NCBI RefSeq assembly: GCF_001447785.1
Contig: NW_015165245.1
Span: 434,795-498,794, forward strand
From: Gekko japonicus
Lineage: Eukaryota
Direction of reading: 5' to 3'
DNA length: 64,000 nt
The translations under genes and the position numbers were made by a program. Each line of letters begins with the position of its first letter. The first letter of the stretch is position 1. Shown in pieces: positions 1 through 11,320 of the stretch. The notes under the pieces are model-generated. The model was not told the DNA's origin. It ran no database searches and saw nothing but the letters and a program-made list of their open reading frames with translations.

Positions 1-286
1 GAGCTGCAGTCTGTAGTTTGGCAGTTCGAGACCCTAGTGCCACGTGATGGAGTGAGCTCCTGTCTCTGGCCCCAGCTCCTGCCAACCTAGCAGTTCGAAA
101 GCAAGAAACTGCAAGTAGTGGAAAGGTAACAGCATTCTGTGTGCTTTGGCGTTTAGTCATGCCGGCCACATGACCACAGAAATGTCTTTGGACAGCACTG
201 GCTCTTCGGCTTGGAAACGGAGATGAGCACCATCCCCTAGAGTCAGATTTGACTAGCTTTCGAGCAAGGGAAACCTTTACCTTTTT
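1..286 (+). mobile_element. Sauria SINE (5' end cut by window edge), in a PLRG1 intron
   Basis: Body motifs gccaacctagcagttcgaaa and gtcatgccggccacatgacc, and the typical 3' tail gggaaacctttaccttt. Confidence 0.8.
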
Positions 287-974
287 TATACAGAAACAGG
301 CTTAGACTGCAGTACCTCTGTGTAAGATTGCACTGTTGGTCTTGCTAGTTTAATTCTACTGAAATTCAAGTTTTGCACTTTTGGGAACACAATGAAATCT
401 GCACAAATAGCAGTGCTAGTTGCAGTCAATATTGTAAAGCTTCAGTTCACATGGTCCAAATGAGTTTCTGTGAAGGTGACCACTGAAACTCTAAATCCAA
501 ACTCTAGGAGGGGGGGGGGGACCCAGATTCACTGATCACTGAACAAAGCAAAATCTCCAGTGAAGAAGGCATAACTCTTTTAAGATACCACTTGGAAATC
601 TCTAACTTTAAAACTCTTTCATAGGGATGTGTTTCTATTTTTGTCTCCATTTTAACTAACTTACAGCATAGAAATGTCTGATATCTTCTCCATACAGGAA
701 TGAATTTCCTCCCTTTCAGCTAATCTAAATGTTTCAAGAGTAAAAATGTTTCAGCATTTCAAACACATTTTAACACATGGGGATTGATAATGCAAGAAGT
801 TCACTAAAGTCAATAAAGATGCTTACTTGGTGGACCCTCCTGAACAACTAATATCTATATTCTCTTCCAAACCATTAAGTAGAGCATCCATGATCATAAA
901 TATCTCGCTTAAATTTTTATGTTATGATAGTGCAAGCTTTTACTGAACACAAGTTTATCCAAAAGATTACTTAC

Positions 975-1028
975 CAGGTCCTGGAGGATATGGGTGTGTT
1001 CCTGTTATCAAATATTCATTATCTTCTC
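975..1028 (-). CDS. PLRG1: PLRG1 coding exon 4
   Basis: atag|GA GAA GAT...CCA GGA CCT G|gtaag; 54 nt. Confidence 0.92.
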
Positions 1029-4000
1029 CTATATAGTAAGAGATTTATTACTGCTTCATAGTAATGTCAATCAATTAATTTGGTTCCGAATCACACACCA
1101 TCACAGGTATATTTTCATTAGAAATCATGCATAGTGAAAGCCAATGTTAAGGTTTAATTTATAAATCCTATTAAAGAACGGCAGTACACACAAACATTTC
1201 AACCAAACAAATGTTACATGTGCTGGATATATCCTGAATAAGTGAGGAGCTTGTATCTTACCATATGCTAACATAAAGTACTATTACTAAATGTGAAATT
1301 CTAATACAAAAGAGCTAGTAATCAAATGGTGAACTGATACAGAGAGTTTTCTACAGCTGAACAGAATGGAAATTATCCCCGTACCTTGATTTTGAAGATA
1401 CTGCTTATGACCATAGGAATCAATGGCATTATGAGAACCCTTCTCTCGAGCATTTTCCTTCAATACAGGCATGTGCAGCACAGAATTATACTCTGTATGA
1501 AGTTTTACTGACATCTTTAATTTGTGGCTGTTTAAGAAAACACTTTATTAATATTTTGAGACATTTTATTAAAATAAGTATTTGATGGGATATATAGTTC
1601 AGATTCACATACATTCACAGAAGTATTCACAAAAAATAAAAACTACTGAAGCATGGGTTGCTTCACATTCAGTTTACCCACATTTCAGCCAACAGACATA
1701 TTACTGGAGCTCTTAATTTCTAGATGTGATTTCTTTATGCCCCAGACAAATCATTTTTGATGGCCATGTAAACTCAATTAAGTTCATACAGCTTCAAGCT
1801 TTGAAAGTAAAATCAGGTTTTGCCACAGATAAATGAGGATCCAAACACTGTGGTGTTTGGAGGAACACAGCCTAATTAACTTTCTGCCTCTCCTATCTCT
1901 GTAAGTAATAGAACTTATAAAATGATAACGCAAATCCTCCAGAGTCACCTCATTTCTAAAGTCTGTTCAACCGTGGAAGAACAGATAAAGGGATTCACAT
2001 TACAATTCTGCACTAGGCTGCAACATCAAATGTATTAACAACATAAGATCAGTCTTACCTCTTCTCATCCAATGCTACAGGTTTTGCATTGTCTGCCACA
2101 AACATGTCATGAGTTCTCTTCAAAGATCTGAACACAAGGGTATGCACAGAGTGCTTCTGCACTTCCTAAACAAGAGGCAAGTTTCAGGTATACCTTGGGA
2201 AATAAGTTCATAAAAGACAGATTCACAAATTTGGGCTTGGCTTACTAGGCAGCCATTATTTGTGGTTGCCATGGGCCCCTCTCAGGTCTTCCACACATAC
2301 CTACCAGCTCCAAAACGCAATGTAATACAACATATTCCTCCCACCTCCCAAGTCAAGGGAGGTGAGGGGGAGGCACGTTTCCTACATTGCACTAAGTTCT
2401 GCAGCAGTCAAAACAGCCAGCTGCTTCTTCCTATTCCATACAGATTATCAGGGATTCCTTCTTCTCTCTCAGAACTGAAATCCTGCATCCTGCTAAAGTC
2501 AGTTATTTACTGATTATGGATTTTAATCTAATAAACTGAATTCATATCAACCTGCGTGTCAGCCAGAGTCAGGAAATCAAGCCCTGCTATGAATGTTTTC
2601 TCTGTGGTAGACTGGAATACCAACAAGCCAGGAATTGGATCTTTACCACTTAGGCCTTTAGACTCTGGAATAAGGTAAAAAGTGTCCCATAACCCACTTT
2701 CCTGAAGACCTCTAGCACTTTCCATAAAGCATCTATTTCAACTCATATCTGGCTGACGTTTCATTGGGTGTTCTAAGCTACTTTCATGTAAATTTATTTT
2801 GTTTTGGAAAAATGTTTTTATTTTATGTAAGTGAATACAAGCAGTTTAGAAAAGCAACTTTAAAATGCTTTTAACATAAAAGTACAACAGACATTAAAAT
2901 CTTAAATTAAGTTATAAAAACATGTAACATATAGTAACATTGGCACTGGGCACCAAATTACCAAATTAATATATAGCATTCAATTGTTATACCTTGCCTT
3001 TATTCTGTTTTCCACTACGTGGTATAGTTTATTTTTTCCTCATCCATTTGAGAAGCAGCAAAATTTCAAGGACACATGAATAAAGCATGCAATTGAATTC
3101 TTAGCTTCAGTCTAGTAAGTGTTTACTTTGGAACAGTATACACTAAGGGATCAATGCTAAAAATGGTGCTTTGTTCTGACCCTACTTTCTCAATGAACTG
3201 TGAAGCTAACTGTTTCTTGCTTTCCGGAGAGGGTCAAGATCAAGGACTTAGAGTGATGCTTCAGGGTCAGCAGTCTGTTTTCCATTCTAAGGTGATCTGG
3301 GCACAAATCTGAACATCTGAAGCTTTTCACCACCAGTATAACAAGTCATTTTTCATGTATATTAAGAGGACTGGGCTGCTCTGAATTTATTGCCCCCATT
3401 TAAAAAAGTGGATAAACAAACACAAATTATTTACATAATGTTAAACACGATCTGTTACTTTGAAGTTTGCCCAAGATCACAGGACTGGTGCTCATTTTAT
3501 GTTGGCTCAAATTCACTACCACTTGTTGTTTAATTGTTTTAACAGATGTTAGTGTTACACCCATGAACTAAATTTTGAATTTTATTGATGTGTGGTAATA
3601 TTAACAGTCCAGAGGAATTTTGTGATACTGGAATCTTTTAACACAACTGCCTTCAACAAAGAACTGATTATGCTCAGCATATGGTTATGGGAATTTGATT
3701 TTCAAATATGAAAACCAATCTTCCCTCAAATCTTCTGTATCCTGAGAATACATCAAATGCCTTTGTACCTATGCTACACAAAAGCAACTTTGTTTTAAGG
3801 TGAATTTAATGGATTGGACCCCATCTAGAATTTATACAGAAAAAGGAGGAGGTGGGGAATTTTTTACAATTCCTGCCCACCATTTCAGCCCAACATGCCC
3901 CCCATGCTACTCCTAGGGGAGGGGGAACCTCCAGGAACAGTTTTAGAAAATCAGAGGTCTCCTACAGGAGGGTGGAATTGACAAAAATATCACCCCCCCC

Positions 4001-6139
4001 CTTCTGTCCACAAAAATGTAGATCAGATTCAAGCCACTGTACTTTCAAAATACTTTCAATAAGGAATTTCATACTGTGCATAGTACAAACTTATCCTTCC
4101 TCAATATCATCTTTGCTTCTGTACCATCTATGTTTAGGTGATAAGTTCCATGGGGGCTTGGACCTTTCTTTTAGAGTGCTTAGGTTACTCTCTACCATGC
4201 TGGTGTTGCTATATTAAAAATGCAATTTTTCTAACTGAATTAGTGGATATACAACACACTGACATACTCAAACATTTCTGGCCAAGAAGACATCCATTAG
4301 CATGTGTTTATCCCACCTGCTGCTAATCTTATACTTCAACCTGCCAAGCTGACATCTTGTCCTTCACTCTCTGCGTGGCTCAACTGATGTTTAGTTAACA
4401 TTCTAGGGTTTGTCTGCTCGTTTTCCATGCACTGTGTGCTTCTTTAGGTCTCTCTGCTGTTAGAATTTTGGATAATAGCTGCAAGTCAGGATAGTGTGTT
4501 GAAGATGTTGTCTACTGAAGGTCCTAATAAAAGGTATTACATGGCTATTTTTTTAACCAGCACCGCAACCCTCGATTTCCATCTTCATGTGCAGCACATC
4601 TTTGTATTCATGACACTTAAGAGTTCAAGGAGCATGACACTGTTTGCCTTCGGAGCTCTGCAACACTGTTAGTCTTGCGTTTTGGCAGAAGGGCCTGACA
4701 GACCTAATTGCCATCACACTGCTCTCATAAGACTCCAGCCAGCCTGAAGAAACTAGCAGGACAATATGAGGACATAAAAAAACCCCTTGTAAGCTGTTCC
4801 CCAGATTCTCCAATTGCTACTGGCACTACTAAGAAGGAGCCATCAACTGGCCCAGGAGAACTTGCCTCTTAACAGAGCGTCTTGTATTAGGTACCATCTC
4901 AGCAGCCTGTTTCTGGAATAGAAAGACAGCTCTCCTATTGTCACTGTGGTTTTAGTGGACGCAGTTGGAATAAAAAGAAACTTCTAACTTTTTATTTGTG
5001 TGTGAGTCACCCTGGGTGAAAACTGCAGCAAACCAGGGTATAAGTATTTATTTTCAAAAAACAGTCTTGAATGAGTTCTAACGACAGTATCATAGATCAG
5101 ATACCAACTAATATTGCCCTTCCAATATCCCATCTCATCTCTACCCACCAGGGATCTGTGCAAGGCATCGCAGGGAGCAAGGCTTCAGGCTGCCTAATTG
5201 CAAGATGAGAGACTATTTTTAAGTGGAGATGCCAGGGACTGAAATGAAAACCTTTGCAATCTGAGGACATGCTTTTTCATAAAGTTCTGTCTCCCTCCCC
5301 TGCTACTGAATCTAGTAAAATTCTAGAGACAGCTGTGTTAGTCTATGGAAGCAAATATACAAGGACTTCTGTGGTACCTCAAGGACTAACACATTTATTG
5401 TGATGCATGCCTTTGTATGGACTAGAGTCCATTTCACCATGAGCACAGACTGTACCCTAACTAGATCAAATGGCAGTTAAATACAAGATATACAGACTGC
5501 AGCATCTCTTAAGTCCAAATATAACCAAAATAAGTACAACAGTCATTCCCAGCAACAGTAAAAGATGAAAACACAATATTGCTTAGCAAATTTAATGTTT
5601 GCAGTGCGAAAGGAGTCTCTCACCATAACTGAGCCCTAACAAGCCAATCTTAATTAATACTAATTATATGCCTGTGTGTGTGTGTTTGCCAACTTCATAC
5701 TTCCAATAAAGCAGCCCGCGAAATCCATGCCTAAGTCAAACCAAAAGACTTTCTGGTGCCACGAGATTCCTTTTTCTTTATTTTTAGTAACAGTTCCGTT
5801 TCTCTTGTACAAACCAGGAGAACATAAAACACTCTCCAAATTGTAGTTCCTCACTCCCCCCCCCCCCCGGTATCTTCACCCAAATGGTGAAAGGGAGGAA
5901 ATTCTCTCAACGCGCTTCCCTTCTCCGCCACCGACACACACGAAGCTGAAAGTCCGCCCCAAGGAACTGCTTCCTCCGGCCGGCTAGCATCCCGGAGAAG
6001 AACAGGTTTGCGAGCCCTGAATCCCGAAAAGAGCAGGAAGAGGCACGAAGGCCTCTAACCGGTCACGGCTGAGAAAGAAATCTGCGTCTCCCCCACAGCG
6101 AACCCCGGAGAGGAATTGCCAGCCCCTCACCTCCACCAT
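975..6139 (-). CDS. PLRG1: Pleiotropic regulator 1 (PRP19/CDC5L spliceosome WD40 protein), 5' part, coding exons 1-4; gene continues left of the window
   Basis: Exons 6131-6139 (MVE), 2059-2165 ([35 protein letters not shown]), 1385-1527 ([20 protein letters not shown]...NQ) and 975-1028 ([17 protein letters not shown]). All introns are GT-AG and the frame is continuous. Matches the vertebrate PLRG1 N-terminus and its known position next to FGB. Confidence 0.95.
1385..1527 (-). CDS. PLRG1: PLRG1 coding exon 3
   Basis: aaacag|C CAC AAA...CAA G|gtac; overlaps ORF 1287..1514. Confidence 0.92.
2059..2165 (-). CDS. PLRG1: PLRG1 coding exon 2
   Basis: ttag|GAA GTG CAG AAG CAC...GAG AAG AG|gtaag; conserved [19 protein letters not shown]. 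Confidence 0.95.
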
Positions 6140-6420
6140 GGTGCCAGTCTGCCGTCTCGGCTACCCCCGGCGCAGCCACACGCTCTCGATGGAGCCGCTA
6201 CGACCCAACGCCACAACCAGGTCCGTTACCGACAAGAAGCCACTTCCGGCGCCTCTCCTCCGCCGCATCGGAAGTGACGTTTCCTTTGAAGGGCGCATGA
6301 GTGAGACAAGCTGGCTGGATAAAGGGGGTTGAAAGTAGGCTTCCGTTTTGGGTTGGTGCCTTGAGATTACCGAGGGAACTGGCTAATTGGGCCGCGGTTC
6401 TTAGCACACGACCCTGGGAG
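5900..6420 (-). promoter_or_regulatory. PLRG1 CpG-island promoter with ETS and ETS-CRE composite motifs
   Basis: CpG-dense stretch around exon 1; CACTTCCGG at 6241-6249 and CGGAAGTGACGT at 6269-6280. Confidence 0.7.
6131..6139 (-). CDS. PLRG1: PLRG1 coding exon 1 (ATG GTG GAG)
   Basis: Kozak-like gcaccATGG followed by a gtgagg donor, inside a CpG island. Confidence 0.88.
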
Positions 6421-6447
6421 TTGCTCCCATTGAATTAAGCGGGGATT

Positions 6448-8350
6448 TTTGTTGTTATTGTTCAGTCGCACAGTCGAGTCCGACTTTTCGCGACCCCATG
6501 GACCACATCACGCCAGGCCCTCCTGTTTTCCGTCGTGGGAAAAGGGTAAAAGTCGGATCCACATGGATCCTCATGAATTCATATGATTTTTACATTGAAA
6601 CGAAATAAAACCACCATCATATTGTAGGCCATTTGTTAGTCTATAGGGGGCACAACAAAAATCACGCTCCCACGGATTCGTGGCACCACAACAGCGCAAA
6701 AACATGATTGCAAAGGACGGATCCTCATGAATTCATATGATTTCTATGCTGGAATGAAATAGAACCAACATCATAGTGTAGACCGTGTCTTACACTATAG
6801 GAAGCACTAAAAAAATCATGCCCCCACAAATTCGTGGCAAAACAAAACTGCAAAAACATGGTTCTGGAGCATGGATCCTCACAGTTTTTCAACTGGGTCA
6901 CCCGAAACACACCATCAAATCACATAACACATCCACGTCAACAGCTTGCACCATAAAAATCACAGATCCACGGTTTCATGGAGACAGCATTCTGCAAAAA
7001 CATGATTCTGAAGCACGGATCCTCATGGATGCTTGGGGTTTTTGTATCGGAACACCCCAAACATACAATTAAATCCCATGGCGCTGTTGGCAGCTACAAT
7101 GGCCGTGGCGGGGGGCGAAACGTACCTCTGCCTCCCTGGGCCCCGGGGTGGTGGCCTTGGACTCGTAGGGGCAAATTCTACCTCTCGTGTGTGATGCAAT
7201 GTTATGGCCACCGGCACTGTCGGCGGCAGCTGCAATGGCTGCAGCGGTGACGGCAGGGGGGACAAAACTTTCCTCCGCCTCCCTGAGCCCCGGGGTGGTG
7301 GCCTTGGACTCGTAGGGACAAATTCCACCTCTCGCTTGTGATGTCCGAGGTCTGGTGTTGCCAGAGCCATGGCACCGTGATTTCTGTGGTGCAGGCTGTG
7401 ACCAAGGACATGATAAGCGATTTAATGGTATGTTTGGGGTGTCCCAACACAAAAACCCCAAGCATCCATGAGGATCCGTGCTTCAGAATCATGTTTTTAC
7501 AGAATGGTGTCACCACAAAGCCGTGGATCTGTGATTTTTGTGGTGCAAGCTGTGGCCATGGACATGTTATGTGATTTGATGGTGTGTTTCTGGAGACCCA
7601 ATTGATAAACCCTGAAGACCCATGCTTTGGAACCATGTTTTTGCAGTTTTGTGGTGCCACGAATTCATGGGGCCATGATTTTTGGAGTGCTGCCTATAGT
7701 CTAAGACATGGTCTACAGTATGATGTAGGTTTTATTTCATTCCAGCATAGAAATCATATGAATTCATGAGGATTCATCCTTTGGAATCATGTTTTTGTGC
7801 TGCTGTGGTGCCACGAATCTGTGGGTGCGTGATTTTTGTGGTGCCCCTTGTAGACTAACACATGGCCTACAATATGATGGTGGTTTTATTTAGTTTCAGA
7901 GTAAAAATCATATGAACATGAGGATTCATTTAGATCCGACCTTTACCCAGACCCTCCGTCGTGCTCCGGAGTTTGCTTAATTTCACGTTCGTTGCCTCAA
8001 GAACACTGTCTAACCATCTCATCCTTTGCCGTCCCCTTCTTCTTTGACCTTCTATCTTTCCCAGCATCCGGTTCTTCTCCAGTGAGTGCTCCCTTCTCAT
8101 TTGGTGGCCAAAGTAATTGAGCTTCAGCTTCAATATCTGGCCTTCCAGGGAACAGTCAGGGATGATTTCTTTTAGGATTGACTGATTTGATCTCCTTGCA
8201 GTCCAGGGGACTCTCAAGAGTCTTCTCCAGCACCATAATTCAAAAGAATCTATTCTTCAGCGCTCTAATGGCGTTCCTTATGGTCCAACTCTCGCAGCCA
8301 TACAGTACTACTGGGAATACCATGGCTTTGACTATACAGACGTTTGTTGG
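6448..8350 (-). mobile_element. 5'-truncated BovB (RTE) LINE, split by the insertion at 6538-7954
   Basis: 3' end gttcagtcgcacagtcgagtccgact...gaccccatggac with a (CAA)n tail on the minus strand at about 6448-6537. ORF 7930..8217 encodes the BovB C-terminus RVPWTARRSNQSILKEI...RRRGRQRMRWLD. Confidence 0.9.
6538..7954. mobile_element. Non-autonomous foldback / Mutator-like DNA transposon with ~540-bp modular terminal inverted repeats
   Basis: 9-bp TSD TCCGTCGTG at 6529-6537 and 7955-7963. Termini GGAAAAGGGTAAAAGTCGGATCC vs reverse complement GGGTCTGGGTAAAGGTCGGATCT. Arms about 6538-7075 and 7419-7954 are mirror images. Confidence 0.85.
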
Positions 8351-9052
8351 GAATTACTTCTAAGCAAATACACGGTGCAACCCGAGCAAGTGTAGCTTGT
8401 TCTCTTCCAGGCTGCTGTTTACAGCTTTCAGCTAACAAAACCAGGAATTTTGAAGTTTGTCAGGAAGCATATCCTAGCACTGGAAGACTGAACTAGTGAT
8501 ATTTTAAAATGGGTGTCGCATTGCTGTATAAATTTCAACCACCGAGCCAGATTACTATACCAACTTCGGAACCTCTGCAGATGTTGACGGTGTTAGGGAG
8601 CGCAGTAGATAGGATTAACCTATGGTGTGAAGAGGGCAGCACATGGATTTTCATCCATATGCGCTAGAACGTTCAACATTCATATGGAAAACACATTGTC
8701 TGATGTATGCGACATGGCAGTCATACATATTACAGCCTCCAAATGTGGTTGCCAAACTCTGGGTCGTGTGAATGGAACACCATTATAAAAGCGAGTGTTT
8801 TACTGGAGAATGCAGTCATATTATCATTTTTCCTCAAGGTATTCAGGGCAGCATACCTGGTCCTCCCAGGTTTTAGGGCAACACATATATAGACTGCGAC
8901 ACCTTGCAGTTTAAGACAAACGGCATATGGAGCATATGGTGATATTTCGGCTTGCCCTGCAGTCTTGGAGGAAGAACATGTTCAGGAAAAAATATGAGAA
9001 CTGTATCTGTTTTCTGTCACCTACCTTGTCTTTCTAACAGTATTTCTGAAAC

Positions 9053-10790
9053 ATTTATTTATTTACATTTTTAATTGCCTAATCCCCACAACTGTGGGAC
9101 TCTAGGCGATTAAACAATAAAAACCATAAACACCATTTTCAACAGATATAATCCATTAATTAAAATCAAGTGGCAACATTTTAAGGTTCCCTCCCATTTC
9201 TGGCCTGTGGGTGTCTCATGGGTATGGGGTGGTGGAGGAATTAAATCCTTAGGGGGCAGAGGTCTGGGAAGGGTGCCAGTCATAATGTGCCACTGTCCTC
9301 AACCAAAGGCCTGGCGGAACATCTCTGCCTTGCAGGCCCTGCAGAATTGCAAAAGATCCCGCAGGGCCCCGATGTCATTTGGCAGAGAGTTCCACCAGGT
9401 TGGTGGTTGAGGACAGCCGGATGTCTCTAGGGCCAGGGACCACCAGCAAGTTGTTCTGTGCAGAGCGCAACGCTCTCCCGGGGGGTGTACTGGAAGAGGT
9501 GGTCCTGCAGATACCTTGGTCCCTAACCCCTCAAGGCCTTGAAGGTCAAAACCAAAACCTTGAACTTGACTCGTTGCTCCACTGGAAGCCAGTGCAGCTG
9601 GCACAGTACAGGTTGAACATGTACAGTCTGTGATGCTCCTGTCAGGACTCATGCCATCGCATTCTGGATTAGTTGGAGCTTTTGGGTCAGTCTCAAGGGC
9701 AGGCCAGCATAAAGCAAGTTACATTAGTCTAGCCTGGAGGTGACCATCACATGGATTACTGTAGCTAAGTCAGCGTGCGACAGGAAAGGGGCCAGCTGCC
9801 GGGCCTGGCGTAGATGGAAAAATGCCAGCCTGGCTGTATGTGTGACCTGGGCCGACATATTTAGAAAGGCATCCAGGATCACACCCAAGCTTTTAATGGA
9901 CTGCGCCGGTACCAGTGGTGCCCTGTCAAGAGCAGGTAAGCTGAACACGAGCCCCCTCCCACCACAGAACCTCCGTCTTTGTCAGATTCAGTTTCAACCT
10001 GCTCTTTTTTAACTATCACATCCCCGGCCTCCAAACTCATGGGCAGATTTTGTGGGGTGGCATCCAGGTGGCCATCCAAAAGCAGATACAGATGGGTCTC
10101 ATCAGCATACTGGTGACACCCAAGGCCAAAACTCCGTGCCAGCTTGGCGAGGGTGTGCATATAGATGTCACATAACATCGGGGGGAGAAGTGCCCCCTGA
10201 GGAGCCCCACACTCCAGGGGGTGTCTAGAGGACATATTCTCTCCTAGCACTACCCTCTGCCCCCGAACATGGAAGAATGAGGTAAGCCATTGAAGGGCTA
10301 TCCCGCAAACTCCCACATCGACAATGTGGTGGGTCAAAAAATCATAATTGGGTGTGTCGCATGCTGCTGTAAGATCTAATAGCAATAGCAGCACCGACCT
10401 GCCTTGATCCAGCTGCCTATGGAGATCATCTGCCAAGGTGACCAGTACTGTCTCTGTCCCATGGCCGGGGCGGAAGCCGTTCTGGAATGGATCCAATGCC
10501 AATGTCTCATCCAGGAAACTCTGGAGCTGTTCAGCCACCGCTCTCAATTACCTTACCCAGGAATGACAAATTTGAAACTGGGCAGTAATTGACCGTATCA
10601 GAAGGACCCGAAGTTGGTTTTATCTAGAGTGGTGTAACCACAGCCTCTTTAAGGCCCTCCAGATAGGGCCCTGTTTCCAGGGACCGTTTAACAAACTCCC
10701 TCAACATTGCCTCCAGCCTTCACTGGCCATGAGGGGCACAGGTCAAGGAGGCACATGGTTCGCCTAATAATCAGGCTAATACTTGGAAAC
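9053..10790 (-). mobile_element. L2-clade LINE fragment (degenerate RT plus 3' end)
   Basis: Frameshifted ORF pieces 9879..10547 (LDPFQNGFRPGHGTETVL...LLLLDL...YADE), 9724..9948 and 9299..9652; (TAAA)n-like tail near 9053-9065. Boundaries are approximate. Confidence 0.85.
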
Positions 10791-11027
10791 TAATGGGGAA
10801 AGTGGTAAAATTATACACTCAATCTGAGATTCATGGGGGGATAACTTTATTTGAGGATTGCGAGGTAATTACAGATTTTACATACTGCGGTCTTTTCAAA
10901 GATAGCACCATCTTAATGCTACCTATTTGAACAGATGGTAAAAATAAGGAACATCAAAATATAAGTAGGTTTTTTTTCCAGGTATGCCATCAAAAAGGGG
11001 GGGCATCTTATATTAGGATACAAATTA

Positions 11028-11256
11028 GAGCCAGTGTGGTGTAGGAGTTAAGAGTGTTGGACTGATATCTGGGAGACCAGAGTTCAGTTCCCCACTTATA
11101 CCTGGAAGCTCACTGGGTGAACTTGAGCCAATTATATAGCCTAACCTACGTCACAGGGTTGTCATAAGGATAAAATGGAGGAGAAGAGAATGATGTAAGC
11201 TGCCTTGGGTCCCCATCAGGGAGAAAGGTGGGGTATAAAAAAGTTAAATAAATAAA
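11028..11256 (+). mobile_element. tRNA-derived CORE/MIR-like SINE
   Basis: gagccagtgtggtgtag head with A/B-box-like motifs, cctacgtcacagggttgtc core, (AAAT)n tail. Confidence 0.75.
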
Positions 11257-11320
11257 TATTGGATAATAATACTTTTTGCGTCCATAATATTTTTAAGGAG
11301 GTCATCTTACACTCAGGATC

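Noticed and set aside
6138-6407. ORFs 6138..6332 (+) and 6198..6407 (-) in the CpG island
   Set aside because: Chance ORFs in GC-rich promoter/5' UTR sequence with no recognisable product.
6725-7769. Multiple overlapping ORFs on both strands with similar peptides (KHGSSWMLGVF, FQHRNHMNS)
   Set aside because: They result from the modular inverted repeats of the foldback element and contain no transposase motifs.
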